Shown: piece after piece, positions 1-11,017 of the stretch
Numbering within the stretch: position 1 is the stretch's first letter
How the letters are laid out: the number at the start of each line of letters is the position of its first letter
From: Nemertoderma westbladi
Lineage: Eukaryota > Animalia > Xenacoelomorpha
Reading direction: 5' to 3'
Assembly: GCA_032718475.1 (NCBI GenBank)
Contig: JAUCBJ010002425.1
Coordinates: forward strand, 1-64,000
DNA length: 64,000 nt
The notes under the pieces: generated by a model
The model's database searches: none
What the model saw: only the letters and a program-made list of their open reading frames with translations
What the model was told of the DNA's origin: nothing
Position numbers and translations under genes: made by a program

Positions 1-2549
1 TCTGGGAAACTAACATGAGATTCCATAAAGTACGTAATCATGGCAACATACCAAAACAACAGGCCGTAGTTAGTATGAAGTAACAAAATGATAGACCCGA
101 ACAATACGCTGACACCGTCGACTCCAATGAAGATAGCGTTGACGTCGATACAGGCAATGCTATTGGACATTCCTAAACTGAAATATAAAACCTGGCCCAT
201 TATAATATAGACGTGTGTTACTAAATAGTCATTGGTTGCTAATGATAAGTTGCCTAATATTCTTCGAATCAAATGTGATTGGATAACAGAGATAGCCAAT
301 AAGAGCATATTGTATGGGCGCTGTATTAGACATCCAAGAGTTAGTAGACTGTTTATTGCACTATTAGGGTTGAATGTAACTAGGCAATGAATTAGTTGTA
401 TAACGGTTGCTAGGTAACAACAGCGGGCGTATGTTATCGGCTGAATCCCATTGGTCGGTTTATGCGGCCATAAAATATTTAAACTGGCGTGGTAGCAGTA
501 AGCTAATACAAGACCAGTAGCCAATAGAAGAGCTGCGGTCCTCGAGCAATGACGCAATCGAAGTAAGAAAATTACAAGGATTGATAAAATACATACAATG
601 CTAATTGATGATTGGTTATTGTCCAGCAACCAATCACCTAAGTCGGGAATACTCAACCATTTATTGCCAGTTTGATTTACTAGTCTTTGCAGTTTAATCA
701 GGGCCATTAATGCAAGTATTGGAAGATAATAGGAAAGTCCCTGAATATAAGACTCACTTTTGATTACGTCCTTTACACCTTTCAGGTGGAGTTTACTCAC
801 TTTATTACTCCCGTATTTCGTCCGAAGTGCATAGATTAACAAGGCCAGGTTCACTGTCTGCATTCCGTGGTACCAGACCTGATGCTCTTCTTCTACGAAA
901 CTGCTAGACCCGTAGGAACCTATAGACAAAGCGAAAACCACAACTACAGACCAACTAACTGTATCCATTGACCTACAGACATGGACGAACCTAACCGCGT
1001 TGCTAAGCCTCAGAAATCGTAATACAACTGGTATAAGGAATGATAAAAATAAACAAACGGAACAATGCGAAATAATGGAGGGGATAGTTACTGTACCTAG
1101 TGGGGAGGGAGTTGTTGATGCGATAGTTGCAGTGGTAACAACACTTAGAGAAGCAATGAACACATTGACTTGTAGCTGTAGGTGATTATTCGGTGGGATA
1201 AGTAATACAAGGCTGGATGGAACTAAAACAACAAATCCCAAAACCATAGAGAATAAATCATAATTCGACAGTCGAATTACTGCCTCTTCCGATATTTGTT
1301 TCATGGCCGATACGAATTCATCTTCAATATATTGTATGTCGGTGTGTTTGGTATCAGCCCTGAATCTACGATAATGATACAAAGCTGGTTCTAGAATAGA
1401 CGGTCCACTTGGGAGCAGATGTGATAATTGCACGGCGTTATCCTTCATGCAAGCGATCCAATCACTGGCCGACGAGAGAAGAGGACGGAGCACCTGCGAG
1501 ATCCCTATTCCGAGATTCCCGGGTGGTATTGGAACACCGAATAGCGCGGAAATAGTGGGAACTATGTCTATTTGATTGACTCTATGGATGTCAGTTTCAC
1601 TAGACATTATTTGGCTAATAGATGGACTAAAGACTATGAGAGGAGTTAGAGTTTCCTCGGGCGTGGGGCCACCGTGGTTACCACTGTCCGTCATTCCGTG
1701 GTCTGATATCAACATAAACATGTTGGGAAGATCGCTGGCCTCACTGAATAATCGTTGGTGTATCAAACGGATGGATTGGTCCATTTGGCGCAGTTTTGGC
1801 TCAACCAATGAACTCCTAGGTCCAAATAGATGACCAATATGGTCCAACCCAGAGTAATGGGCAATTAGCACGTCCCAGTCGTTGTAAAAATTGTTGAGTT
1901 CGTTTTTAATTCCGTCAGTGACATTGATATCGATGTTGATGTAATCTTGTACGAAATACGCCTGGGTGCCCAGCGAACGTTTAAACTGTGTGGGGAAGAG
2001 CGACAACCACGTTTCATCACCACAAAAGGATAGGGTCAAGCCAGATTGATAGATATTATCAACCCAATTATCACCAACGGATATCGAGGCATCTGCGAAG
2101 TTCTGCCATACGACGTCAAGGAAGGAGGGAACTCCTCCTGTAGTCAACGCCTTTAGTCGAGGTAGCGTCACTGTTGGGGCCTGAGAAACAGCCACTAGAT
2201 TGACAGTTGTCGGGGAGATCAGTTGTTCCGACAAAAACGGCATTGGTGAATTCGATTGGCCTGCGTAAGGAACCACGTCACTTCTCATCCCATCCACTAA
2301 CATTAACACCAATTTATTAATGAGACGTTTGGGTTTCCATGTTGAATTTTTGAACTCATTTTCTAGAGATTGTGATTCGTTACCAAGGTCACTGAAGAGA
2401 GGACTGGTCGCTCCGCTACCAGGGGCCCTTGTGTCACTAGCGTAATTCCGCTCTTCCGGATAATTAACTGGGAAAAAGCCGGTAAAGAATAGATAACAGC
2501 CGAACAACCCAGCTAGAAGAGCAACAGCACGTGAATATATCATATTCAT
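1..2549 (-). CDS. PIGG: GPI ethanolamine phosphate transferase 2 (PIG-G), apparently intronless, 3' end beyond the window edge
   Basis: Not in the ORF track because there is no stop in the window. Manual translation from ATG 2549 gives an N-terminal TM segment ending FFTGFFPV, then LVLMLVDGMRSD, APTVTLPRLKALTTG, HYSGLDHIGH, SDHGMTDSGNHGG, QIDIVPT, SSFVEEEHQVWY, NQTGNKW...PDLGDWL and GMSNSIACID. The frame at the window edge matches the start frame. Confidence 0.93.
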   Translation of the reverse strand, partial: MNMIYSRAVALLAGLFGCYLFFTGFFPVNYPEERNYASDTRAPGSGATSPLFSDLGNESQSLENEFKNSTWKPKRLINKLVLMLVDGMRSDVVPYAGQSNSPMPFLSEQLISPTTVNLVAVSQAPTVTLPRLKALTTGGVPSFLDVVWQNFADASISVGDNWVDNIYQSGLTLSFCGDETWLSLFPTQFKRSLGTQAYFVQDYINIDINVTDGIKNELNNFYNDWDVLIAHYSGLDHIGHLFGPRSSLVEPKLRQMDQSIRLIHQRLFSEASDLPNMFMLISDHGMTDSGNHGGPTPEETLTPLIVFSPSISQIMSSETDIHRVNQIDIVPTISALFGVPIPPGNLGIGISQVLRPLLSSASDWIACMKDNAVQLSHLLPSGPSILEPALYHYRRFRADTKHTDIQYIEDEFVSAMKQISEEAVIRLSNYDLFSMVLGFVVLVPSSLVLLIPPNNHLQLQVNVFIASLSVVTTATIASTTPSPLGTVTIPSIISHCSVCLFLSFLIPVVLRFLRLSNAVRFVHVCRSMDTVSWSVVVVFALSIGSYGSSSFVEEEHQVWYHGMQTVNLALLIYALRTKYGSNKVSKLHLKGVKDVIKSESYIQGLSYYLPILALMALIKLQRLVNQTGNKWLSIPDLGDWLLDNNQSSISIVCILSILVIFLLRLRHCSRTAALLLATGLVLAYCYHASLNILWPHKPTNGIQPITYARCCYLATVIQLIHCLVTFNPNSAINSLLTLGCLIQRPYNMLLLAISVIQSHLIRRILGNLSLATNDYLVTHVYIIMGQVLYFSLGMSNSIACIDVNAIFIGVDGVSVLFGSIILLLHTNYGLLFWYVAMITYFMESHVSFP

Positions 2550-3269
2550 ATCGGTACTTCTATTAAATTTTATGTCTCATTACCGGCGGTAGGATATACA
2601 GATATATGTCATATGTCAGTATGTATATCAGGTCAGGATTGGATATCACATCAGTTGCAGTTACCCGTATGCCATATGCCAGTGTGCTGGTATGCTATGT
2701 GCTATGCCCTGTGCCTGTGTGCCCTATGTGCTCTGCCTATCCAACAATAAAAGTCAATGTTAAACCAAATAGCCTACCAATATGATACAGGATGGTGGGC
2801 CTAGGCCTACCGGCTGACCGGTACCAAGGTGGAAACTGTCAAGTGCAAGTGAGCCTAACCTATATCTGTATATATAAACAGATAGAGACTGAGAGAACGA
2901 CTTGGCCTAAACCAGTAAACCATACGGTATGTAAACGGAACTATTACAATAATACTGATATTATTTTCTATTAACACTGAAGTAGACCTGTCTCCTGCAC
3001 CATCACTATGGTAACAGGTAAAATGCCTAGTACATAGTGTGCGTGCAATGGTTTTGGGGCCCCTATACAGCTATATCATATCTACATACAGTCATACATA
3101 TCTGCATATCAGCATGGCCTACTATATTATTATATATACTATAATATAGTAGGCCATGATATCAGTATGTCAGTAATGACAGTACTGCAGTACAGCAGTA
3201 GATTATAATAGTTTTAGCTACGGTCTGACGGTACCCGACATGGTAAAACGAACTGCAAAGACTGACTTT

Positions 3270-3800
3270 GGTGAACTTAGATATTTGCGAACTTATAGTA
3301 GGTCCTACTGTATATATAGGAACATAGATCCTATCTGGGTGAACTTAGATCCATCTAGGTGAACTTAGATCCTAACTAGGTGAACTTAGATCCTATCTGG
3401 GTGAACTAAGATAAACTAGGTGAACTTAGATCCTAACTAGGTGAACTTAGATCCTAACTAGGTGAACTTAGATCCTAACTAGAGGTGAACTTGTAACTAG
3501 GTAAACTTAGATCCTATAACTAGGTGAACTTAGATCCTAACTAGGTGAACTTAGATCCTAACTAGGCGAACTTAGATCCTAACTAGGTGAACTTAGATCC
3601 TAACTAGGTGAACTTAGATCCTAACTAGGTGAACTTAGATCCTAACTAGGTAAACTTAGATCCTATAACTAGGTGAACTTAGATCCTGACTAGGTGAACT
3701 TAGATCCTAACTAGGTGAACTTAGATCCTAACTAGGTGAACTTAGATCCTAACTAGGTGAACTTAGATCCTAACTAGGCACGAACTCACTAGATCTCACT
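3270..3800. repeat. Minisatellite, ~21-bp unit AACTAGGTGAACTTAGATCCT, ~22 copies
   Basis: Directly visible tandem array with occasional 1-2 bp variants. Confidence 0.95.
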
Positions 3801-5337
3801 TTATGCTTATAAAGCCTTTGGTAATTATCATGCTATAAAGTCGCGAAGCGAACTTAGATCCCACGTGTACTGTGCGTTGGCCGCGTTCTATCGATATTAT
3901 AGTATATTGTACTGTGTTACATTAAGCATATAAATAAAGTACTTATAATGATATAATGCAAATAAGTCATTCACTCAAAGTAGTTGCGATCCGTGGCTCA
4001 CCAACAAACTATATAATTTGCCAATTAATAGCTAATTCATTGCAATGTTCGCTTTCCCTACAAGCGTGATATTATGTAACATGTAGGCTAATGCAGTAGT
4101 GTTTGTAGTTAAGTTTGGTCGGGCCAAAATCATAATTCTGTATAATACTGGCAAAAAGATTCATATTAAAAAAAGTCCCCCTTATATAAAAAGAATGATT
4201 GATAAAAAGATAGTAATTTAATATCGAACATAAAAAATTAATTATTACTTTGAAAAAAAAGCAGAACTTTTTTCGACTATTCTCGAGAAATTTTATTTAC
4301 TGAGCGTCATCGAGGATAATAAGTTATATCATTTTTTGGGTACAACTTTTAGGCGAGTCAATCTAGCCAAAAACGGGGGTCAACCCATAACAAATTCGCA
4401 ATTCATCCAAACAATTTTTTTTATTCTATATTACCTTGTTACTACCCTCAAAAAAGTCTATAAAATATATTACGCGAATCACTTTCAATTTCCTGGTTTC
4501 TTTCCTTAGCAACATGTATTTTACATAGCAACAAGGGGTCTGTTGATAGGATTTTCTCCAAATTTGGTACAGGAGACAAGCCAATTTTGATAGTACACAA
4601 TATAGGGTGCTTATTTTGTATTTACACTCCTTCTCTACTAAATGGGCGCATGTATCCTCGCCCATCGGATATATCGACCTCAAAAGCCCTTATTCCCAAA
4701 AAAATAATTTATTATATTATAAACTATTGTGGTTTTTGATATATTTCAAAAGTTGATGCGACTTCTAGTTACCGACATTTAGCAGTTAATGTGTAACACG
4801 CCAGTGTAAATATTACTAATTTCCCATTGAATCACAGCTTATTGTGAAATTAATTAAATTATTCTGGAACATCACCAATTTGCTACTTGCTATTATTAGT
4901 ACTGTATATATTAGGTCAAGCTCTACCCACCTAATCCCCATAGTGTACCAGTACTACGGTGGATGTTGTTGCGAACGATAAAATTGTATGAAATGTCTTC
5001 AAATGAACTGCAAACTTTGAAAAGCTATCATTAAATTTTAGAAATTCAACAAAACTTTTCACTTCTCTTTGTAACAACATTTTTACATACATTCGTTTCT
5101 AACGTTTCGAAGTAAACGACATACTGTACATACATAGGAAGCAAAATCCATGCAAATACAAAGAAAGTTTCTTAAAAATACATAATTTAGTGTTTTGATA
5201 TTTTTCCTGCCTATATTTGCAAACACACGGCTCACGCACTACTTAATTTGTAAATAGTATTGTTGTTGAGGCGTTACAATTTCGCCAACATAATTTCGTT
5301 CCGTATAAAATTCAGCCGCCGCCGAAATACAATGGAG

Positions 5338-6807
5338 TTAATCGACCCTGAGAACGGCCCGTATTTTATACGGTTTTGGTTGTAAAGTAAATCCGGGTTC
5401 GGGGTCGTGGAGACTCGGAAGATCACCGGAGGGATGCAGGGTGAACCGGTGGAGGAGGTGACTGCTAAACAATCGAAACTCCATCTTAGCGAGTCGCTCC
5501 CCGGCACAGACGCGGGGTCCGATTCCAAACGGAATGAATTCCTCCCGCCGAATCAAATGCGATTCATCGGTCGATAGGAAATGTTGGGGAAAAAACTCCT
5601 CGGGTTTCTCCCAGATTCCAGGATCTCGCATGACGTTCCACAAATTAGCGATAATCAAGTCACTAGGGTATATGGTGTAATCGTTGAATTTCAACTCGTG
5701 TGAAACCTTGTGAGGCACAGGTGTCGGGGCAATAACCCCAAATCGCAAAACTTCTAACAAACAAGCCTCGAAATATGGCATCTTAGAGAAATCTTCGAGA
5801 GTTGGGAGTCTATCTCTTCCGATATTTTCGGCTAATATTCGCTGACACTTCCTCTGGATATTCGGATAGGCCACCATGACGAGGACGAACCAGTACATTG
5901 AACTAGCTGTTGTCTCAGAACCAGCTAGGAAAATGTCGCTTATTGAAGTGACCAGGTTTTTGTCCCTGAAAAAAGATGCCGTTTCTGTCTGCCCTAAATC
6001 CATCCATTTTTTCTCCTCAATAATGTGACAATCAATATAATCTCTAGGCGAACTATAATCTATTGTTGCGCGGTGCTCCGTGATCTTTCTTTTAAAAATC
6101 GCATTCATTTTATATCTTAATGTATATCGATTTGTTTTATCGCTGAGGAACAAATTAGCGAGAAATTCTGGTATTATGGCTAAAATAGGGTTAACCCGAA
6201 ATTGTAGATTCACTAAATCATTAAGACAATTAAATTCGTCGTCGTCATAATCAAATCGTTCAGGAAAAACAACACTACTAATAACATTAGAAACCGCCTT
6301 CCCAACAATTTTACAACAATCAAATTCCACCCCATTCAACTTGGCAATCCAATCATTAAGCATACCAGCCTCTTCCACAATGCGGTTCTCGAAGCTACTT
6401 TTACCCAGATAGAACTGTCGTAACACAGACATAAACAGCTTTCGCTGGTGAGTCCAAAGGTTACCACTCGATACAATAATTCCATCAGGGAGTTCGTATT
6501 TATCGTGTCGGTTAGAAAACAGTCCGCCATTTTCAACAAACGCTTGTTTAATGACAAGGAACGAATTCAGGACGATAACTGACGACGGGCCTGGAATTCG
6601 CACACGAATAATATCCGAATTAAGTTCTTTGCACCATCTGGACCACGCGAGTGTCCTGTTGCTGCGCGTGTTGTATAAACCAATGAGATTACCGATGATA
6701 GGCAGTCCCGGGGGGGTTGGAGGCCGGACGGACTTGTGTCGGTTCGAAATTAAATATAGGACAATGATGAAGGCAATTACAATCAAAAAAATACTAATGA
6801 AATCCAT
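5338..6807 (-). CDS. Cytochrome P450, CYP2 clan, intronless, 489 aa
   Basis: N-terminal TM anchor, PPGLPIIGN, WxxxR, I-helix AGSETT, K-helix EVLR, heme motif PFGIGPRVCAG. Confidence 0.95.
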   Translation of the reverse strand: MDFISIFLIVIAFIIVLYLISNRHKSVRPPTPPGLPIIGNLIGLYNTRSNRTLAWSRWCKELNSDIIRVRIPGPSSVIVLNSFLVIKQAFVENGGLFSNRHDKYELPDGIIVSSGNLWTHQRKLFMSVLRQFYLGKSSFENRIVEEAGMLNDWIAKLNGVEFDCCKIVGKAVSNVISSVVFPERFDYDDDEFNCLNDLVNLQFRVNPILAIIPEFLANLFLSDKTNRYTLRYKMNAIFKRKITEHRATIDYSSPRDYIDCHIIEEKKWMDLGQTETASFFRDKNLVTSISDIFLAGSETTASSMYWFVLVMVAYPNIQRKCQRILAENIGRDRLPTLEDFSKMPYFEACLLEVLRFGVIAPTPVPHKVSHELKFNDYTIYPSDLIIANLWNVMRDPGIWEKPEEFFPQHFLSTDESHLIRREEFIPFGIGPRVCAGERLAKMEFRLFSSHLLHRFTLHPSGDLPSLHDPEPGFTLQPKPYKIRAVLRVD

Positions 6808-7681
6808 ACTTATAGGACCTGCAGGAACTACTGTAATCTAAGTTAGGCTCACTTTATGTATGTCAGTACAGCTGTACACTGTACAGTATTATGATTTAGT
6901 CCCAAACCATTTATTGAATAACTATAATATACATATACAGTATTATGATTGATTACGGAAACATTTATGAGTATCGTATGAAGGGCCTTCTGTAGAGTAT
7001 AATTAAGTACTTTTCATTAACTTACTGTACTTACATATTGACTTGAATAGAACACTACGTATTTGAATGAATAAAATAACCTATATTTCTTTCTAGGCTC
7101 TCGTTTAATATTCACTAACTCGCTTTTATTCGTTCGTGTAAATATTCCCAATCGAGCTGGTGTTAATTATATTGGTAGGGTGCTATTATAATTAAACATA
7201 CACCTAATATAATGTAGTATTATTTGTATTTGTAACTTGGGTTAGACCCATACCCATATAGCCCTTCGATTACACATTATGATGATCAATTGCTCCTAGA
7301 AGTTGTTATGGACATAAGTTATATATATTAATGGACATAAGCTATATTAACGGACATAAACGTTATACAGATAAATGCCATACTACAGTAACATAATGAC
7401 TTCAGACTTGTCTTAATGTACCGGTACAGTACTAACATCAATAGCATGTAGCTAGCTTACTGCTTATTAATGCAGCACTTAGGACTACAGGATTATTTGT
7501 CATAATGTACATACTGACTACTTAGGATTGTCTGTCATAATGTACACAGGACGCTGTGAACCAGTGGCCTAACTTTACAAGTTTTTTTACCAGCTTATTA
7601 TACGATGTTAATGTAACGAAGGAATTAAATGTAAATGTTATCGGAAGTTAGCAAACTCGGTCATGTTTTTCCTACGGTGTA

Positions 7682-10159
7682 TGTGGGGCGAGCCACGAAG
7701 TGAGTGAGCCTTAGCGTAGTGGTACCATTAATCAACCTGTCGTTCTGTCGTTCTGTCGTTCTGTCGTTCTATCGTTCTGTCGTGTTCAATTTTAAACGTT
7801 AATAACTCGGCCAATCTTTGATGAAATCTATCCAAACTTGGTACACATGTTGTATGGCAAAAGTTTAGAAATTTTCCAAGTAGAATTTCCGTGTGGCCTT
7901 CGAGAAGCTAAGATAATAGCAGTTAATTAGTTAATTAAGTTGATTACGGTAAAAACACCATTTTCAACCTGCCTTTTAAAGGAAATTAATTGTTTTACAG
8001 TATAAGACTTCAATAATTATACTTAAAAAATATACAGATGTAATCCGCATACTCCATTCTATTATAGTTTTTAATTAGTTCAAGTGATTTGCTTTAATAA
8101 TCGTGTCTTTAATTGATCTAAAGTAATTAAACCGGCATAAAAAATGTATTCTCATTAAATACTGCTCATTTATTGGTTAACATCCAAGTTGGCTTGATTC
8201 CCAGCAACACTTGAGGTATTCAGTCAGCCTTGCTTGTAAGAGGCAGACTGCTGCTGCTGCTAGTAGCCATCCATTCACTCACTCCCCATTGAACTGGCTG
8301 ATTGGAGGTGTGTGTGTATCGGGTTCAATGACATTAATATTATTACTAAAGTAACGTCGGGATGTTAATATTCACTGGAGCTATGAGTCTCTCTGGTTAG
8401 TTGAATGAATGAAATAAATAATTGTTTTACTGTTCCGAATATCAATGTTTATTTCTGTAGGCCAACTTACTGTATTATTATTTAATCTAAATGTACATAA
8501 TAGTTTAAATAAATTATTTCACAATTTCATTCCAATTCATACTGCTTACGCAACCATGCTAATTAGGTATATTAAATGGCAGGATTGTTTTTAATTAAAA
8601 TTTTTACAGAGCAAACAAGTATATTGTATTTAACTGAAAGTTAATTTATTTCGGTAAGTAGGCCTTGCGGTTTGTTAGTTTAGTTAGTATAATAAGTATC
8701 AAATATATTACGTGCTGCTGTACAGTAAACGCGGCTTTGCGTTATTGAATTACAGAATTGGCGGTACAAAGTACATTAATAGGGATCAGGCATATTGCAT
8801 TTATATAATTGTTGTTGTAAATGTACAATAATATGCGCCACTTTTATTTTAGTAACTGCAATGTGTATTTCATTTGTACCTGCAACCCATTAAAAAGGGC
8901 AGCTGAACATATCGCGGACAGGCTGACTATTCACCATAACAAAAAAACCCAAATCGCCGCAGTTCCACTTACAGTTCCATATTATTCTGTTTTGCAATTC
9001 AACCCAATTTATCTGCTCTCTGCTACACGCGGTTTTATCCACGAGTTTTGTAAAGTCCCGACTTATCGGGAATGACATGAACTTAGCGTCCGGAATATTC
9101 TGATCAGATTAAATCTACTTGGCGCTGTAATACTGCATCCCGTTGTACCAGAAGTTATTAAAACATACCGGCCCCTCAAATGCGCTTGCAGTGGGTTAGA
9201 GAACAACATATACCGCCCCAGTACAACCGCTATTTTGATAAGGTCCAATATATAATATATATATATGGTCTAACATATGATAGTTCACTAATCAGCTAAT
9301 AGGCCTATTAATTCGTGAGATTTCAATTTATAAATAAAACTAATATACGAGCTCATATGAGCTCAATTGATTGATTGATTGAAGGTATGACCGTTGTTGT
9401 GGGGGACTAGGTCTACCTGTCTAGCAGCTAATAACTCGTCCGTGGAGAGAATAATATAAGTCGAGGAACATAACGAAACGCGTTTAATTTATTTATTTAT
9501 TCCAATTGGGGATGCTTTCTAACGCGGGAATGCGGTGCTATTAAACATCAACACATTCCTGCGCGTGCGTCGATATTGTGCACCCTAATACTAACAACCC
9601 ACCCAGACACCCCCTACCCCTCACGCCCCCCCCCCCCCCCCCCCCCCCATCACCCAACATTACTATGTATAGATCAATGCAGCTCAATATATTAGTAAAG
9701 GTATCGTCTGATTAGCTTTCCTACACATGACCTCTTATCCTTGTAGTTGTTTATTTATTTACACTATTTTTTGTTGAGTAAATCTTTCTGATAGGGGGGG
9801 GGGGGACTTACTCTGGACGAGCGCAACGATTGAACGACGCTTATAATAATTAAGACGAGTACGGCGTTGATTATATTCATATACACCACCTGGCTTTGCA
9901 TATTTAACGTGCGATTGGAAATAAGTTCGTTCTACCCTTCCGTGGGTGGTAGATGTCACGGTTATGTATTGGTGGTTGAGAAGGGTGGGGGGGGGGGGGG
10001 GGGGGGATTAAAAGGGGTGAACACGTACTGTCCCCCTTTCTTTGATTGATTGGTGGTGTGGGTAAATTTCTCAAAACCTGATTTTGTGATACAGTCGCTT
10101 AATTTTAATTTGTATCTCATAACTGGACCTCGTGCTGCGCGAAGGCCCCACGAACGTGT
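7682..10159 (+). mobile_element. Non-autonomous TGTGGGGC...GCCCCAC element (HINE/DINE-1-like or Crypton-like), inserted in the BEL 5' LTR
   Basis: Absent from the 3' LTR, which supplies the empty site GGTGTA-TGT-TATTG. Has a 5' (CTGTCGTT)n microsatellite; both ends are shared with the copy at 17808-19369. Confidence 0.85.
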
Positions 10160-11017
10160 TATTGTGTAATGGCTGCGTTATACGCCTGAAATACCAGCTG
10201 ACTATAGTAATAGGGCTGCGTTGCTCAGGACAGTAAAAAACTTATCTTCGGTGCTGGTTCCCAGATCGGAATGTTGTAGATCAACCTACAAGCTACAACC
10301 AGAATAACCTAACCGTGAATGTATAAACGTATACCGGCTGACCGGTATCTTCAAAGATAAAACAGAAAGACAGACGACGGTAGGCCTACCCTAAAACCTT
10401 AAAGGTGAAACATCAGGATTAACTAACTAGCAACCAATCAAGTAAGTTCAGAAGTTGTTAGATTAGAAAGAAGAAACTGATGTCAGGATGTAGGCTGCTA
10501 ATACGTGTCTGCCGATAACAGGATAAACTACATCTATAATTACGGAATTAGATAATACAGTAATACGCTGTCAGTTAGAATAGCCAGTGCTGGACTTGAC
10601 CAGTTGAAAGAATACCGGTAACCTGGTAAATTATTATATACCGGATCCCCGGTACTACTACTACTATACCCAGATACCGTACAGCCGTATACCGTATCAT
10701 ACCGGTACAGAACTGCGGAACCACCAATCACAGAATCGGTACCGGCATACCGGTACCAAACCACCAATATCGGCTAATACCAGAATACTGGTGATGGTTG
10801 GATAATCCTCATACCAGTACTAAGAGTATATATACTGGGATGCTGATATATATAATATAATATGGTATATATAAAGCTGCAAAGATAAAATATATACTGG
10901 TATATACAGATATACTGATATCCCATATCTTAATTGGCTGCAGATAAAGTTTGTGATTGAAAAACTTTATAGTAGGGTACAGTTGTCCTGCAATAAATAA
11001 CCGTTTCAAATGCTGAA

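Noticed and set aside
1000-1833. Short plus-strand ORFs
   Set aside because: Antisense shadows of PIGG; the same applies to small ORFs overlapping the P450, gag-pol, Sororin-like and GTF3C1 ORFs.
9626-10007. Long poly-C/poly-G runs here and at about ten other sites as G-quadruplex elements
   Set aside because: Many lie inside repeats, and homopolymer lengths are unreliable; no functional context.
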